Shown here piece by piece: positions 38,501 through 45,215 of a stretch of 46,040 nucleotides of DNA. This DNA comes from a virus. Its lineage: Duplodnaviria > Caudoviricetes. How positions within the stretch are numbered: the first letter of the stretch is position 1; every line of letters starts with the position of its first letter. The notes beneath the pieces were generated by a model. The model had not been told where the DNA came from. It saw only the letters and a list, made by a program, of their open reading frames with translations, and did no database searches. Location of the stretch: positions 1-46,040 of IMG/VR virus record IMGVR_UViG_3300042863_000142; one strand, 5' to 3'. The position numbers and the translations under genes are program-made.

Positions 38501-41500
38501 AACATCAGCTACAGCCTGCGCAGCTTCCGTAAAGAAGAGTTGCCGCAAAAGGCACGCGACTACACCCTGCCGGCAAACACCTTGCTGTACCACGGTGCAT
38601 ACAAGGAGCGTGCTGACCGCATCGAAGAGATGGGTAGCGTATTGCTGTCCCGCCCCCCAATGCGTGTGAGCGGTGGTTTCACGGCCGAAGGTGATTTGAT
38701 CTTCTTTGGCGATGAGAATACAGCCCAAAATTTTGCCAGCAACAAGGCCGATCCACGGGCTGTGCAAGATGCGCGTGATGCTGGTGTTGAACGTCTTCCG
38801 GGCAAAGTGTTTGAGACTGCGACCGATCGTCCTTACGAACTGATCAACCGCGATTACAAGATGAACGCCAAAGAAGCTAAGGCTTTGACCAAAGCTCTCG
38901 GCCTTCCTGATTACAAGGCTTTGAGCGCAGGTCTTCCATTGGAAGTCGCGGTGACTCGAGCCATTGATTACGACAACAGCAAGATTGATCGGTATGAGGT
39001 CACAAGACGCACAGGTCAAGGCAAAGAAAAGATCAGTGCACCTTGGCCCGTCATCTTCCGCACCCTTGGTGTGGATGGTTTCTACGATAGCTTAGGGGTT
39101 GCTTTAACTGCGAACAACGGCATCAAGCTGGTTGGCAAAGATGGAAAGCTGGAGAAGTATAGCTTGCCAAGCATCCCAGCTGCGGCACAGGTCCGCATCG
39201 AAGAAACGACCACCGTCCGTCAAGAGAAGGGCTTTGCTCGCCGGATCGTCGAGGCCATCTCTCCAAAGAGTGTGGCCCACTTCCGCGCTGAAGCGCTCAA
39301 CAGGTACAACCAGCTCTCCGTTTACGACAAAAAGCTTGCGGAGAAGATGGGTGGAGCAGCCCTTCTCGCTGACCAGAGCGCAGAGTCTGCTGCACTGATG
39401 TCTGATCTGGCATCTGGTGTGGTTGCATCTGCCATGGGCACGGGCAACCGTACCGGCGGCATCCCCGTCCTGCGCAACGGCATCACGACCATCGACTCAA
39501 GCGTCAAAGGCTTGGTTGCATCGCTCGCCCCTCTTGCTGCTTACGGTGACCCGGTAATCTATCGCCGGTACCAGTACTGGGCCATGGTCAAGCGTGGTGT
39601 ACGTTTAAACGCTCAAGGCAAGAATGTCGGCATCACTGCAGCGGATGTGGCGTTCGCCAAGATGCTTGAGCAGAAGCACCCAGAGTTTGTCAGCGTTCAG
39701 AAAGACCTGATCAAGTTCAACAACGGCTTGGTCAAGTACATGGTTGACACGGGCGTCCTCTCCAAGGGCCGTGCGGCTGAGTACACCAAGTACGCCGACT
39801 ACGTCCCCTTCTATCGCCAGATGGATGGTGAGACCACCGTGGGTCCAAACCTCTTCCAGTCGATCTCTGGTGTCAGACCACCAAAGAAGCTCAAGGGTGG
39901 CGATGCCCCTCTTGCAGACTTCCTCGAGACCATGGTGCGCAACACCGCCGCAGCCATTCAGGCTGGTGCGAAGAACTACGCCGGCCAGCGAGCCATCAAC
40001 GTGGTTCAGCAGGTCAAAGCTCCGGGCATGGGTGCAACTCGTTTAAACAAAGTGAGCAACGCGCCCGACGTCATCAACGTGCTGGAGAATGGAGAACTGG
40101 TTTCATACCAAACTCCCGACGAGCTGCTGTTGTATGCGGTCAAGAGCTTGAACCTTTCGGACATCCCGTACCTGAGCTTCGTGTCTGCGCCTGCCGACCT
40201 GCTGCGCAACTTGGTGACCAAGGACCCCGGCTTCATGATGGCCAACTTGTTGCGTGACTCGCTTTCAGCCTACGTGACTTCGGGCCAGAAAATGACCCCC
40301 GTAGTAGATACGGTCATCAGCTTCGGCAAGGCTCTGGCCGATAAATCCCCAGCCACCCGAGCGCTGCTCGACGCTGGCATCATCAGCGGCTATGACGCTG
40401 GCGACATTGAGTCTTCCGGCATCCGTCTGGAGGAGGACTTGGCCAAGAAGGCTGGCAAGCGTAGAGACTCCATCTTCCTTCGCCCGTTTAAATCGGTGTG
40501 GGATGGATTGGAAGCAGGCACAACCGCGTCTGATGCAGCCACCCGAGCTGTGATTTACGATCGCGTCCTCGCAGAGACGGGCAACGAAGCAGAGGCTCTG
40601 TTCCGCGCACTGGAGGTCATGAACTTCCACCGCAAGGGCGGCTCTTCCTTGATCCGAATCCTGACCGCAGCTGTGCCGTTCTTCAACGCTCGTCTGCAGG
40701 GTCTTGATCTGTTCTACCGCGCCTCCACTGGCAACATGAACACCAGCGATGCCGCAGCCATCAGGAACAAGTTCTGGGCTCGTGGCATGACCATGATGGG
40801 CCTGTCTGTTGCCTACTGGTTCATGGTCTCCGATGACGAGGAGTACAAGAAGCAGGAGCAGGAGACTCGGGACAACAACTGGCTCATCCCATCTTTGGGT
40901 ATGCGAATCCCAATCCCGTTCGAGGTTGGTGTGCTGTTTAAAACAATTCCAGAGCGGATTGCTGCGTACACGTTCGGTGACGATACCGGTCAAGACCTGC
41001 GAGACTCGCTGGCCCGTAGCGCTGTTTCAACGTTTGCATTCAACCCAATCCCGCAGACGGTCAAGCCGGTTTTCGAGGCTGCGTTCGACTTCAACACGTT
41101 TACATGGCGTCCAATCCTGAGTGAGGGCATGAAGGATGTTGATCCGCAGTTCCAAGTTGGACCGGGCACATCGTCTGTTGCCAAGGGTATTGCTGGTGCG
41201 CTGGGCCTGTCCCCCATCAAGGTGGACCACGTCATCAAGGGCTACACCGGAACCATGGGCATGTACGCAATCGACACCATCGACATGGTGACCAATCAGT
41301 TCAGCGACACACCCAAAGCCACCAAGCGCTTTGAGCAGCTTCCAGTGATCAAGCGTTTTGCTCTTGACCCAGAGGCCCGTGGCAACGTCACCGAATACTA
41401 CAAGCTGAAGGACTCAGTGGACGGTGTGGTGCGGACAATGAACTTCTTGGAGAAGCAGCAGGAGTCGGAGGAGTTTGTTGATTACCTGAAGAAGAACCAA

Positions 41501-41698
41501 GGAACCTTGGCCTTCAAGGACTACATCCGCGACACCGAGAAGACGATGAAGGAGTTGAGGGATGCCCGTAACGCGATCCGCATATCCACGATGAGTGGGG
41601 ATGAGAAGCGTGATGCTTTGGTTGAGATTGGACGGGCGGAGAGCGCGATCACCGGACAGATTCAACGGATCAAGCAGGCTATCGCTTCAGCGCAATGA
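32552..41698 (+). CDS. Giant polyvalent virion protein (zincin metallopeptidase, HhH/glycosylase-like, ART-like domains, LPD38-like C-terminus)
   Basis: 3048 aa. HETVH at 34469-34483 plus EEAIAD; GWY/PKLGAF/TMDLW/QAALW; VFYHAT...AIFLA...YQPEQVKS; RIPIPFEVG in the C-terminal region. Confidence 0.85.
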   Translation: MAGRDLSSELFGPGEGDSQGRDLSDELFGAKPAARTVTEADKERTIGESIKDVGAGLVGGLGSIVQVPGQLYGLATGDFSKTGLLGAGERLSEYGEEMKSEGLKAREAERAKIVEEASKEGQFAAFKAALGETITDPGLLAGFLAEQAPQVIPMILAGGGAGYIAKRGVMSAAAARGAAVEAAERLAQKKALQAGTTGAIQTGAVMQGADIGAGSYDDIVAGLIEQGATPEQAAEEAINKARLAGVTGYGLSVLANRYLPGGKALEEILAGKRLAGSRLGGAALTGLKEIPSENIEEVGGRIAQNIAARSAGLDREILEGTGETAAMATLGAAGIGGAAGALSVRPEAVKAGPDEFDKELAQFRQELGPEGDAPAQVQEEIDTGIDAGVEEQVAAAPVAKPPVQLPGGFTATERELSREVVPEAFGIFPEGGGKPLATVGTQEDAQKKLESLTQIRQEEQKRLSEEFDKINSGIFAEQRKLEVMEATGQADTDQYVQAKAELDLKEQEAAEKLTDIRDRIAAYSTPLTFAPMGQRTAVQSEVIVNRGDEVVGVFPSFEAAQSTVQQLAPEEFKQADIAARTQAVEAVLKPAFAKFNLGDIGLNIVEAIKTGGGGRADGAYAQNLIQIALDAPEPLQTMRHETVHALKELGFFTKQQWRALTEQANKTWVKQYLEGQVAELNGVQMSRLDAYKELAKERKLSPRQLREEIIEEAIADAFGAYARGATPPPGLIATLYKKLASFFANFGQALRGAGFESAEDIFQRIERGDLKSKAPKKEAKPVVKAKEAEKAPETKKAEAPEAEVRAAQEKAKKEKYSLAGTGVPMSTRNLMEQQTPIAQQDLGLNTEAGRSGTNNVRDIAKALNRQTLDQLGAMKRNKLTQDDSTMISEAIADEVAYQLQTSSKTGTGLGWYSHNYPNAVKRLGKRFPELSTSKYARSVFSALVAVTSNGERVTKNIDNAIKLYADLRKGKRLVVMGNRRATALENNLQVIQDLMAEHGENFEKVLLKEITVSEMNARLRKMGKKADGSYLANTVVPAAAVYFGPKLGAFYANLSGSEGYLTMDLWWTRSINRMRGLLIPKATSASISKFRDMMDSPDATRDEVVAATIPLRNKYEEYGWNSELEHLAGAKEPSTKAAKPAWFEKAEAAAGDAYEQLLFEHNLEKMANTIYKNEFEMLEEAPFTATDRKFMYDAARKAQTLLRKNGVDLSLADIQAALWYYEKRLYAKLSGRKADDIGYEEAIIAQANQGSGRARPSVVFDKRTDRGDDSRGEVSGTEAVRGEPTRGAKLSLKKGVVAEVAPNPDHISAEKWREMTPTERLGATRSVANKVMSSVFSELGLRGYSYSFSTGTYEGEVNPNIIVEAPQGATEQELEELGRVLGYVLDQKAMVVFDEDNKTSGSQAGFVKVVVPDDMTAEQFDELRQHIAQKVPQADGDTLRNGALLYGNFSAYNDNVDTLTDAQYQKAIVKAVESFTYDGVIDVSKPETFHSSLIWPKTRSDYLKETRYGDSSRVQGEAGADVRGQGSRRLQAISEEGIALRDRWIDGRGAARLGGRERGNAVDFGKPTAEYGTPRQGSVSATGIHFSKQQRPEISSGFYGTGLRGLERERLAEKENADIRDRIYFYVDNGKGVTPESGVGGIPHVIKLNNLYDTSADPLQIVKNIRGESSADRASKRERAIKKAGFDGYLVKDPIASQDYALLIGKHAVKTGKYSLKNVRFPSVKAVKEAVAQTEVPDTPEFKRFIAGNQWTEADGKPTVFYHATAREFLEFTPAGQSQAIFLATTPEEAETFGSAAEDKLRREIYEKLLNKDQKLSFFQGVVDAQVKKGAITEKQGREFMRQVDRKAPKYGDFGDIEQEVYDALLDLSPTRMSIMPLWARAETPFDFENEEHVEQVMQWVTNNTDYPQEFPEKWLSGLKGRIKQGLWQAIEDKRVQMALRRLGFDSFTVRENRNSPKNYAVYQPEQVKSVTGNSGEFDRAVKNISYSLRSFRKEELPQKARDYTLPANTLLYHGAYKERADRIEEMGSVLLSRPPMRVSGGFTAEGDLIFFGDENTAQNFASNKADPRAVQDARDAGVERLPGKVFETATDRPYELINRDYKMNAKEAKALTKALGLPDYKALSAGLPLEVAVTRAIDYDNSKIDRYEVTRRTGQGKEKISAPWPVIFRTLGVDGFYDSLGVALTANNGIKLVGKDGKLEKYSLPSIPAAAQVRIEETTTVRQEKGFARRIVEAISPKSVAHFRAEALNRYNQLSVYDKKLAEKMGGAALLADQSAESAALMSDLASGVVASAMGTGNRTGGIPVLRNGITTIDSSVKGLVASLAPLAAYGDPVIYRRYQYWAMVKRGVRLNAQGKNVGITAADVAFAKMLEQKHPEFVSVQKDLIKFNNGLVKYMVDTGVLSKGRAAEYTKYADYVPFYRQMDGETTVGPNLFQSISGVRPPKKLKGGDAPLADFLETMVRNTAAAIQAGAKNYAGQRAINVVQQVKAPGMGATRLNKVSNAPDVINVLENGELVSYQTPDELLLYAVKSLNLSDIPYLSFVSAPADLLRNLVTKDPGFMMANLLRDSLSAYVTSGQKMTPVVDTVISFGKALADKSPATRALLDAGIISGYDAGDIESSGIRLEEDLAKKAGKRRDSIFLRPFKSVWDGLEAGTTASDAATRAVIYDRVLAETGNEAEALFRALEVMNFHRKGGSSLIRILTAAVPFFNARLQGLDLFYRASTGNMNTSDAAAIRNKFWARGMTMMGLSVAYWFMVSDDEEYKKQEQETRDNNWLIPSLGMRIPIPFEVGVLFKTIPERIAAYTFGDDTGQDLRDSLARSAVSTFAFNPIPQTVKPVFEAAFDFNTFTWRPILSEGMKDVDPQFQVGPGTSSVAKGIAGALGLSPIKVDHVIKGYTGTMGMYAIDTIDMVTNQFSDTPKATKRFEQLPVIKRFALDPEARGNVTEYYKLKDSVDGVVRTMNFLEKQQESEEFVDYLKKNQGTLAFKDYIRDTEKTMKELRDARNAIRISTMSGDEKRDALVEIGRAESAITGQIQRIKQAIASAQ
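36255..36422 (+). CDS. Nested +1-frame small protein, 55 aa
   Basis: GGGAG 8 nt before the ATG. Helical amphipathic product; the host frame here is low-complexity R/G/D linker. Confidence 0.55.
   Translation: MTSDTKKQSSPKPIRVLDEQDQVWSSIKELTVGMTPEERSLALRQFVESLPEAQS
37074..37289 (+). CDS. Nested +1-frame small protein, 71 aa
   Basis: AAGGA 8 nt before the ATG. Protein-like product; the host frame here is R/G-rich linker. Confidence 0.55.
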   Translation: MATVREFKEKPGQMFGGKGAAVFRPFQRKESPSETDGLTAEERLASEVESAVMRLTSASQQLNTEPQDKGQ

Positions 41699-41978
41699 GG
41701 TCGTTCTCAAAGAGCCAGCCTACCGTTGACCGGTGGGCTGTCTCCCACATGTTTACACGCTCCTCTTTGGACATCTTCGAGCCTTGGTCCAGCTCCATGT
41801 GACACCGGTAGCACAGCGCAGCTATCCGGTAGTCATGGGCCTTGAGCCCTCTGCCCTTGCCGTCCCGCAGTTGATTAGAGTGGGCAGCAACGACAGTCCC
41901 ATCGCTTGTGCCGCAGCATTGGCACGGGCAGTCCCTGACGATCTCAAGGAGTTTTTGGTTTCGGTACATGGTGTTCAC
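41679..41978 (-). CDS. Zn-binding HNH-like putative nuclease (DUF1364/DUF968-like)
   Basis: CQCCG...VAAHSN...GKGRGLKAHD...LCYRCH. Confidence 0.75.
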   Translation of the reverse strand: MNTMYRNQKLLEIVRDCPCQCCGTSDGTVVAAHSNQLRDGKGRGLKAHDYRIAALCYRCHMELDQGSKMSKEERVNMWETAHRSTVGWLFENDLIALKR

Positions 41979-42250
41979 TGCAGCATGTCCGAGGATGGCA
42001 TTGATCCCATGTCCTTCATCATGGATGAGACCACGCCGGACAGAACGCCGTACAGATCATCTTTGTCCAAGTTGTACGTGCTGATCATGACCTCATCATC
42101 ATCTTGGGGAAACATGATGATTGCGCTTTTGCGGCTGAGCATGGTCTTCATCAAGACCAAGACGACAGACTCGGTGAAGAGGATGTCTTCTTTGCTGAGC
42201 CTTGCGTATATGCTGTTGGCCTCTTCTTTGTTCTTCTCGTTGGTCTTCAT
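41975..42250 (-). CDS. Hypothetical protein
   Basis: Overlapping start/stop with neighbours; GGAG RBS. Confidence 0.65.
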   Translation of the reverse strand: MKTNEKNKEEANSIYARLSKEDILFTESVVLVLMKTMLSRKSAIIMFPQDDDEVMISTYNLDKDDLYGVLSGVVSSMMKDMGSMPSSDMLQ

Positions 42251-42271
42251 AAAAGTGCTTCTCCAAGTTGA

Positions 42272-42484
42272 TCAATACGATGCTTTGTCACCGTGCGCTT
42301 GTGGATCGCCTCGAGGAGTCGAGGGTCCACCCGTTTGAATGGCCAAAATACATTTGGCGTAGATGTGCTCGAGGGTGTGGCGCAGGTGGATTGCTTCCTC
42401 GACTGCGGCGTCACGTTGATTTCTGAGTTGACGGTTTTCATATTGAAGGTCTGCGACAAGCAGGTCAAGTTCACGGTCGTTCAT
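42272..42484 (-). CDS. Hypothetical coiled-coil protein
   Basis: MNDRELDLLVADLQYENRQLR...; ATG 42484 overlaps the upstream stop; AAGGA RBS. Confidence 0.6.
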   Translation of the reverse strand: MNDRELDLLVADLQYENRQLRNQRDAAVEEAIHLRHTLEHIYAKCILAIQTGGPSTPRGDPQAHGDKASY

Positions 42485-42741
42485 GAGTTCTTTTCCTTGA
42501 GGATGCTTTCTGCGCTGGTGGCAGCTTGCATTTTTGTTAAGCACGATTGGTTTATTGCGGAGAAGTCTTTTTCAACCAAGCCATGCCATCCATGTGGCTT
42601 CAGTCTTCCTGTGGCTTTGTTCAGCATGGTGAACGCATCAAGCATATTTATGACAAGGATGGAACGTCCTTCGCTGTCCTTGTAAACAGCTTCGTAAAGG
42701 CATTCGTTTTTTACAAACTCAACAAACTCTTCGTATTTCAT
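42481..42741 (-). CDS. Hypothetical protein
   Basis: Coupled to neighbours; WHGL...LKEKN tail shared with 44252-44446. Confidence 0.7.
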   Translation of the reverse strand: MKYEEFVEFVKNECLYEAVYKDSEGRSILVINMLDAFTMLNKATGRLKPHGWHGLVEKDFSAINQSCLTKMQAATSAESILKEKNS

Positions 42742-43193
42742 ACACAGTCTCCAAGTGCGGGTGGCACGTAGTTGGGGCCTTTCAAAACTTTGCCGTCCTG
42801 ATCAAAGTACGGCTGGCCCTCGGGTGAGAACTTGCTCCAGTTGGAGGTGTTCACGATGTTGATGGCTCTGGAGATGTCCATGTTTGCACAGTGCCCCACA
42901 CCCACCGCAGTCACAACTTGGTCTGCCAAGGAGTCAACCATGTCGCGGCAGTTGGCAATGCTTGCGGTGATGCGTCCGCTCTTCAGGCCGTCCGAGAAGT
43001 CCTTCAGCTGTTGGTAGATCATGGAGTTCTTACCGGGCATCTCCACACCTGTGCCGTTCTTGTGAGAAAAGCGCAGGGCTTCGATCATCTCCACGACTTC
43101 TTCGAGGTGGCATCCGAGTTGGACATTGAAGCCTTGTTCAGTGGGATTGGGTCGCGCACGTTTGTGCCAGAGTTCGATGGATTCGATTGACAT
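42738..43193 (-). CDS. MazG-like/PRA-PH nucleotide pyrophosphohydrolase
   Basis: EEVVE...DSLAD...SNWSKF...DGKVLKGPNYVPP. Confidence 0.85.
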   Translation of the reverse strand: MSIESIELWHKRARPNPTEQGFNVQLGCHLEEVVEMIEALRFSHKNGTGVEMPGKNSMIYQQLKDFSDGLKSGRITASIANCRDMVDSLADQVVTAVGVGHCANMDISRAINIVNTSNWSKFSPEGQPYFDQDGKVLKGPNYVPPALGDCV

Positions 43194-43393
43194 GGTTGTT
43201 TCTGCTGGTTGATGAAATTGTTTAAACGCTCGATGCGCTCATGGTGGTAGTTGGCCATGTGGTGTGCGTACTCTTGGGCGCTGTGCGCTTTGAGCAGTTC
43301 ACGCTGGGCCTGATCCAACTCCTCCTCGGCCAGCTTGATGGCGGTCGGGGGCTGGAGTAGACGGATGAAGTCGGCGAAGAAAATGCGTAGCAT
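43085..43393 (-). CDS. Hypothetical protein
   Basis: LAEEELDQAQRELLKAHSAQEYA...RIERL helix; the 3' end overlaps the next gene. Confidence 0.65.
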   Translation of the reverse strand: MLRIFFADFIRLLQPPTAIKLAEEELDQAQRELLKAHSAQEYAHHMANYHHERIERLNNFINQQKQPCQSNPSNSGTNVRDPIPLNKASMSNSDATSKKSWR

Positions 43394-43572
43394 TATTTTG
43401 CCTTGGGTTTAAATCGTGTGTCTTTGGTCTTGGCTCGGTGGGCCTGACCCGCCTTGGATGCCTTGAGGGATTGCTCTTGGTCTTTGATCATCTTGTCGCT
43501 CTTGCCAAACGGACTACCCTCTCGGATGTTGAATGCGTTGGGCAATGGCCAGACTCGTTCGTCGATATTCAT
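43393..43572 (-). CDS. Hypothetical protein, 59 aa
   Basis: GAGGT RBS; MNIDERVWPLPNAFNIRE...; coupled at both ends; not in the ORF track. Confidence 0.6.
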   Translation of the reverse strand: MNIDERVWPLPNAFNIREGSPFGKSDKMIKDQEQSLKASKAGQAHRAKTKDTRFKPKAK

Positions 43573-43994
43573 TTTTGTACCTCGTTGTGAATCTCAGTTC
43601 GTATGGAGTTTGCCCGAGCGATGTAAACGGGGTGTACCCGCCGGTTTAGCACCTGCGCCTCGTCCAGTGCTCGTTCGATGGGCACCGCTTGAGCGGAGTC
43701 CCACTTGTCTGTCTTGATCAGGGCTTGGCATGCAGACATCCCACCCCGCAGTATGCGCACACCCACATCCTCACCGCCGATGTCAGGGTCCATCTCGGAT
43801 GCTACACCGATGGTCGCCAGCATCAAGGCCAAGTTCTCCAGCAGGTCAGCGCATGGCTCACCGTCTTCCATCATGTAGAGCTTGATCTTACGGGTGGTCA
43901 GGTCATCGGCCAGCTTCTTCTGCGCCATCGCACGGGCCACAGGGTTGAGGGCTGTGTTCTTGCTGACGTACTTGACTCTCATGCCATGATCCAA
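43569..43994 (-). CDS. Hypothetical protein
   Basis: NPVARAMA helix-rich ORF; true start may be the ATG at 43982. Confidence 0.7.
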   Translation of the reverse strand: MDHGMRVKYVSKNTALNPVARAMAQKKLADDLTTRKIKLYMMEDGEPCADLLENLALMLATIGVASEMDPDIGGEDVGVRILRGGMSACQALIKTDKWDSAQAVPIERALDEAQVLNRRVHPVYIARANSIRTEIHNEVQK

Positions 43995-44080
43995 AAAGCG
44001 ATTAACAGGCCGAAGCCCACGATGATGGTCATGTAGATAACGTACAGACAGATGGTTTGCAGTTGGTCCCAGTCATCCAT
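43979..44080 (-). CDS. Small single-TM protein, 33 aa
   Basis: AAGGAG RBS; MDDWDQLQTICLYVIYMTIIVGFGLLIAFWIMA. Confidence 0.55.
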   Translation of the reverse strand: MDDWDQLQTICLYVIYMTIIVGFGLLIAFWIMA

Positions 44081-44255
44081 GGTTCTTCTCCTTGTTTAAA
44101 TACCATTTCCATCTGCGTTTCTTAGCGATCATGAGTAAATGCTCTTTGATGAAAGCCTCTACCGGTAAACCAAGTTTTTTGCATAGGTCGTACTCGATTC
44201 TTAACATGATGATTTTTCCAACCCTGTCCTCACCGCGAACCTTACGGACGATCAT
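44073..44255 (-). CDS. Hypothetical protein
   Basis: AAGGAG RBS; ATGA coupling. Confidence 0.65.
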   Translation of the reverse strand: MIVRKVRGEDRVGKIIMLRIEYDLCKKLGLPVEAFIKEHLLMIAKKRRWKWYLNKEKNHG

Positions 44256-44446
44256 GTGTTCTTCTCCTTGAGTTTGGCCTCAACCAGCCGTGCATACCTA
44301 AGCACAGCCCTCTCCGACACGTTGCCATTGTCCAAGCCAAATGCAAACCCTTCGAGTTCGTAGATGGCGGCAACCATTTCCTCATCCGTCAGCCCCACCC
44401 ACTGGCGCTGGTGTGCGTACTCTTGTGTATCGTCGTCGTCAGTCAT
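44252..44446 (-). CDS. Hypothetical protein (WVGLTDEE...EAKLKEKN family)
   Basis: Motif commonly seen in small phage accessory proteins. Confidence 0.75.
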   Translation of the reverse strand: MTDDDDTQEYAHQRQWVGLTDEEMVAAIYELEGFAFGLDNGNVSERAVLRYARLVEAKLKEKNT

Positions 44447-44705
44447 CTTTGAACCCCAACTCTTCTTTGAACATGGATAGGCCCAGCACCAAGTCGCGCG
44501 CTTGGGCGTGGTCGAGGCAGACGTAGTAGTCCTGCTGGGTGGCGCTGGCAGTAAAGAACCGTGCGATGTACCCGTTGCCCGTGTTCTCTACGATGCATCG
44601 TAATTCTCCGGGGTACATATACCCAATGCCATTGGTTATATGCGCCGTGTCCTCGAAGCGCTCGACGAGGTCCTCTGTGCCGTCTGATACGTATCGTGAT
44701 TTCAT
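44439..44705 (-). CDS. Hypothetical protein
   Basis: Start at ATG 44705 overlapping the upstream stop; TGNGYIARF...QDYYVCLD. Confidence 0.7.
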   Translation of the reverse strand: MKSRYVSDGTEDLVERFEDTAHITNGIGYMYPGELRCIVENTGNGYIARFFTASATQQDYYVCLDHAQARDLVLGLSMFKEELGFKDD

Positions 44706-44803
44706 TTCTTCTTCACCCACAACATGGCCAGCGCGAAGCCGACGATGAGGCCAAACGCCGCGCCAAAGGCCAGCAGCAGAAGTATTTGCAGTGCTTCGTT
44801 CAT
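44702..44803 (-). CDS. Small single-TM protein
   Basis: MNEALQILLLLAFGAAFGLIVGFALAMLWVKKK; ATGA coupling. Confidence 0.55.
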   Translation of the reverse strand: MNEALQILLLLAFGAAFGLIVGFALAMLWVKKK

Positions 44804-45000
44804 CGCACCACCCCCACTACAACAGCCAGCACACCAGCACCGATGGCACCGAGCACGATGCCCAGCCACAGCGCGGCCCAATATTTCATAGACTTGCGCC
44901 ATGCTGACGGCCCCCATGCCATAGCGGCGTGATACCTGCGGCCCACCTTGGCGGGGCTGATGCCGAAATGCTCCTGCTCGAATTGTTCTCTTGAGGTCAT
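44800..45000 (-). CDS. Small membrane protein
   Basis: GAGGG RBS; C-terminal TM helix. Confidence 0.6.
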   Translation of the reverse strand: MTSREQFEQEHFGISPAKVGRRYHAAMAWGPSAWRKSMKYWAALWLGIVLGAIGAGVLAVVVGVVR

Positions 45001-45215
45001 GCTTCCCTCGCTTTCAGCATGGCGTCGGCCAAAGCGTAAGCATCCAGTGCAATGGCGCTTGCTGGCGCATCCAAGTAGTCTTGTCTGCCGTTCATTGACT
45101 GCATCGCCTTGGCCGCGAAGTAGTCGCGCATGGACATTTCTGACGCAAAGGGATTGCGTTTAGCCTCACGCTTTTTGGCTTCACGGTCAGCTTGTTCAAA
45201 GGTTGTAAAGCTCAT
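44997..45215 (-). CDS. Hypothetical protein (RDYFAAKAMQ...YALADAMLKAR family)
   Basis: Widely recurring phage motif; ATG 45215 overlaps the upstream stop. Confidence 0.78.
   Translation of the reverse strand: MSFTTFEQADREAKKREAKRNPFASEMSMRDYFAAKAMQSMNGRQDYLDAPASAIALDAYALADAMLKAREA

Larger units (their letters stand above)
181..43227. repeat. Dispersed octamer GTTTAAAC / GTGTAAAC (reverse GTTTACAC), about 31 copies
   Basis: Manual count: 16 GTTTAAAC, 8 GTGTAAAC, 7 GTTTACAC. Confidence 0.85.

Noticed and set aside
33612-41120. Other same-strand alternate-frame ORFs inside the giant gene (e.g. 33612, 35856, 37743, 39744, 40809)
   Set aside because: They overlap well-formed domains, give S/R/P-rich off-frame sequence and lack a convincing SD+ATG, unlike the two retained nested ORFs.
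934-41665. Many long minus-strand ORFs opposite structural genes (e.g. 934-1767, 7315-8103, 14700-15866, 38183-39019)
   Set aside because: Antisense shadows of codon-biased GC-rich genes; no RBS or recognisable protein motifs.
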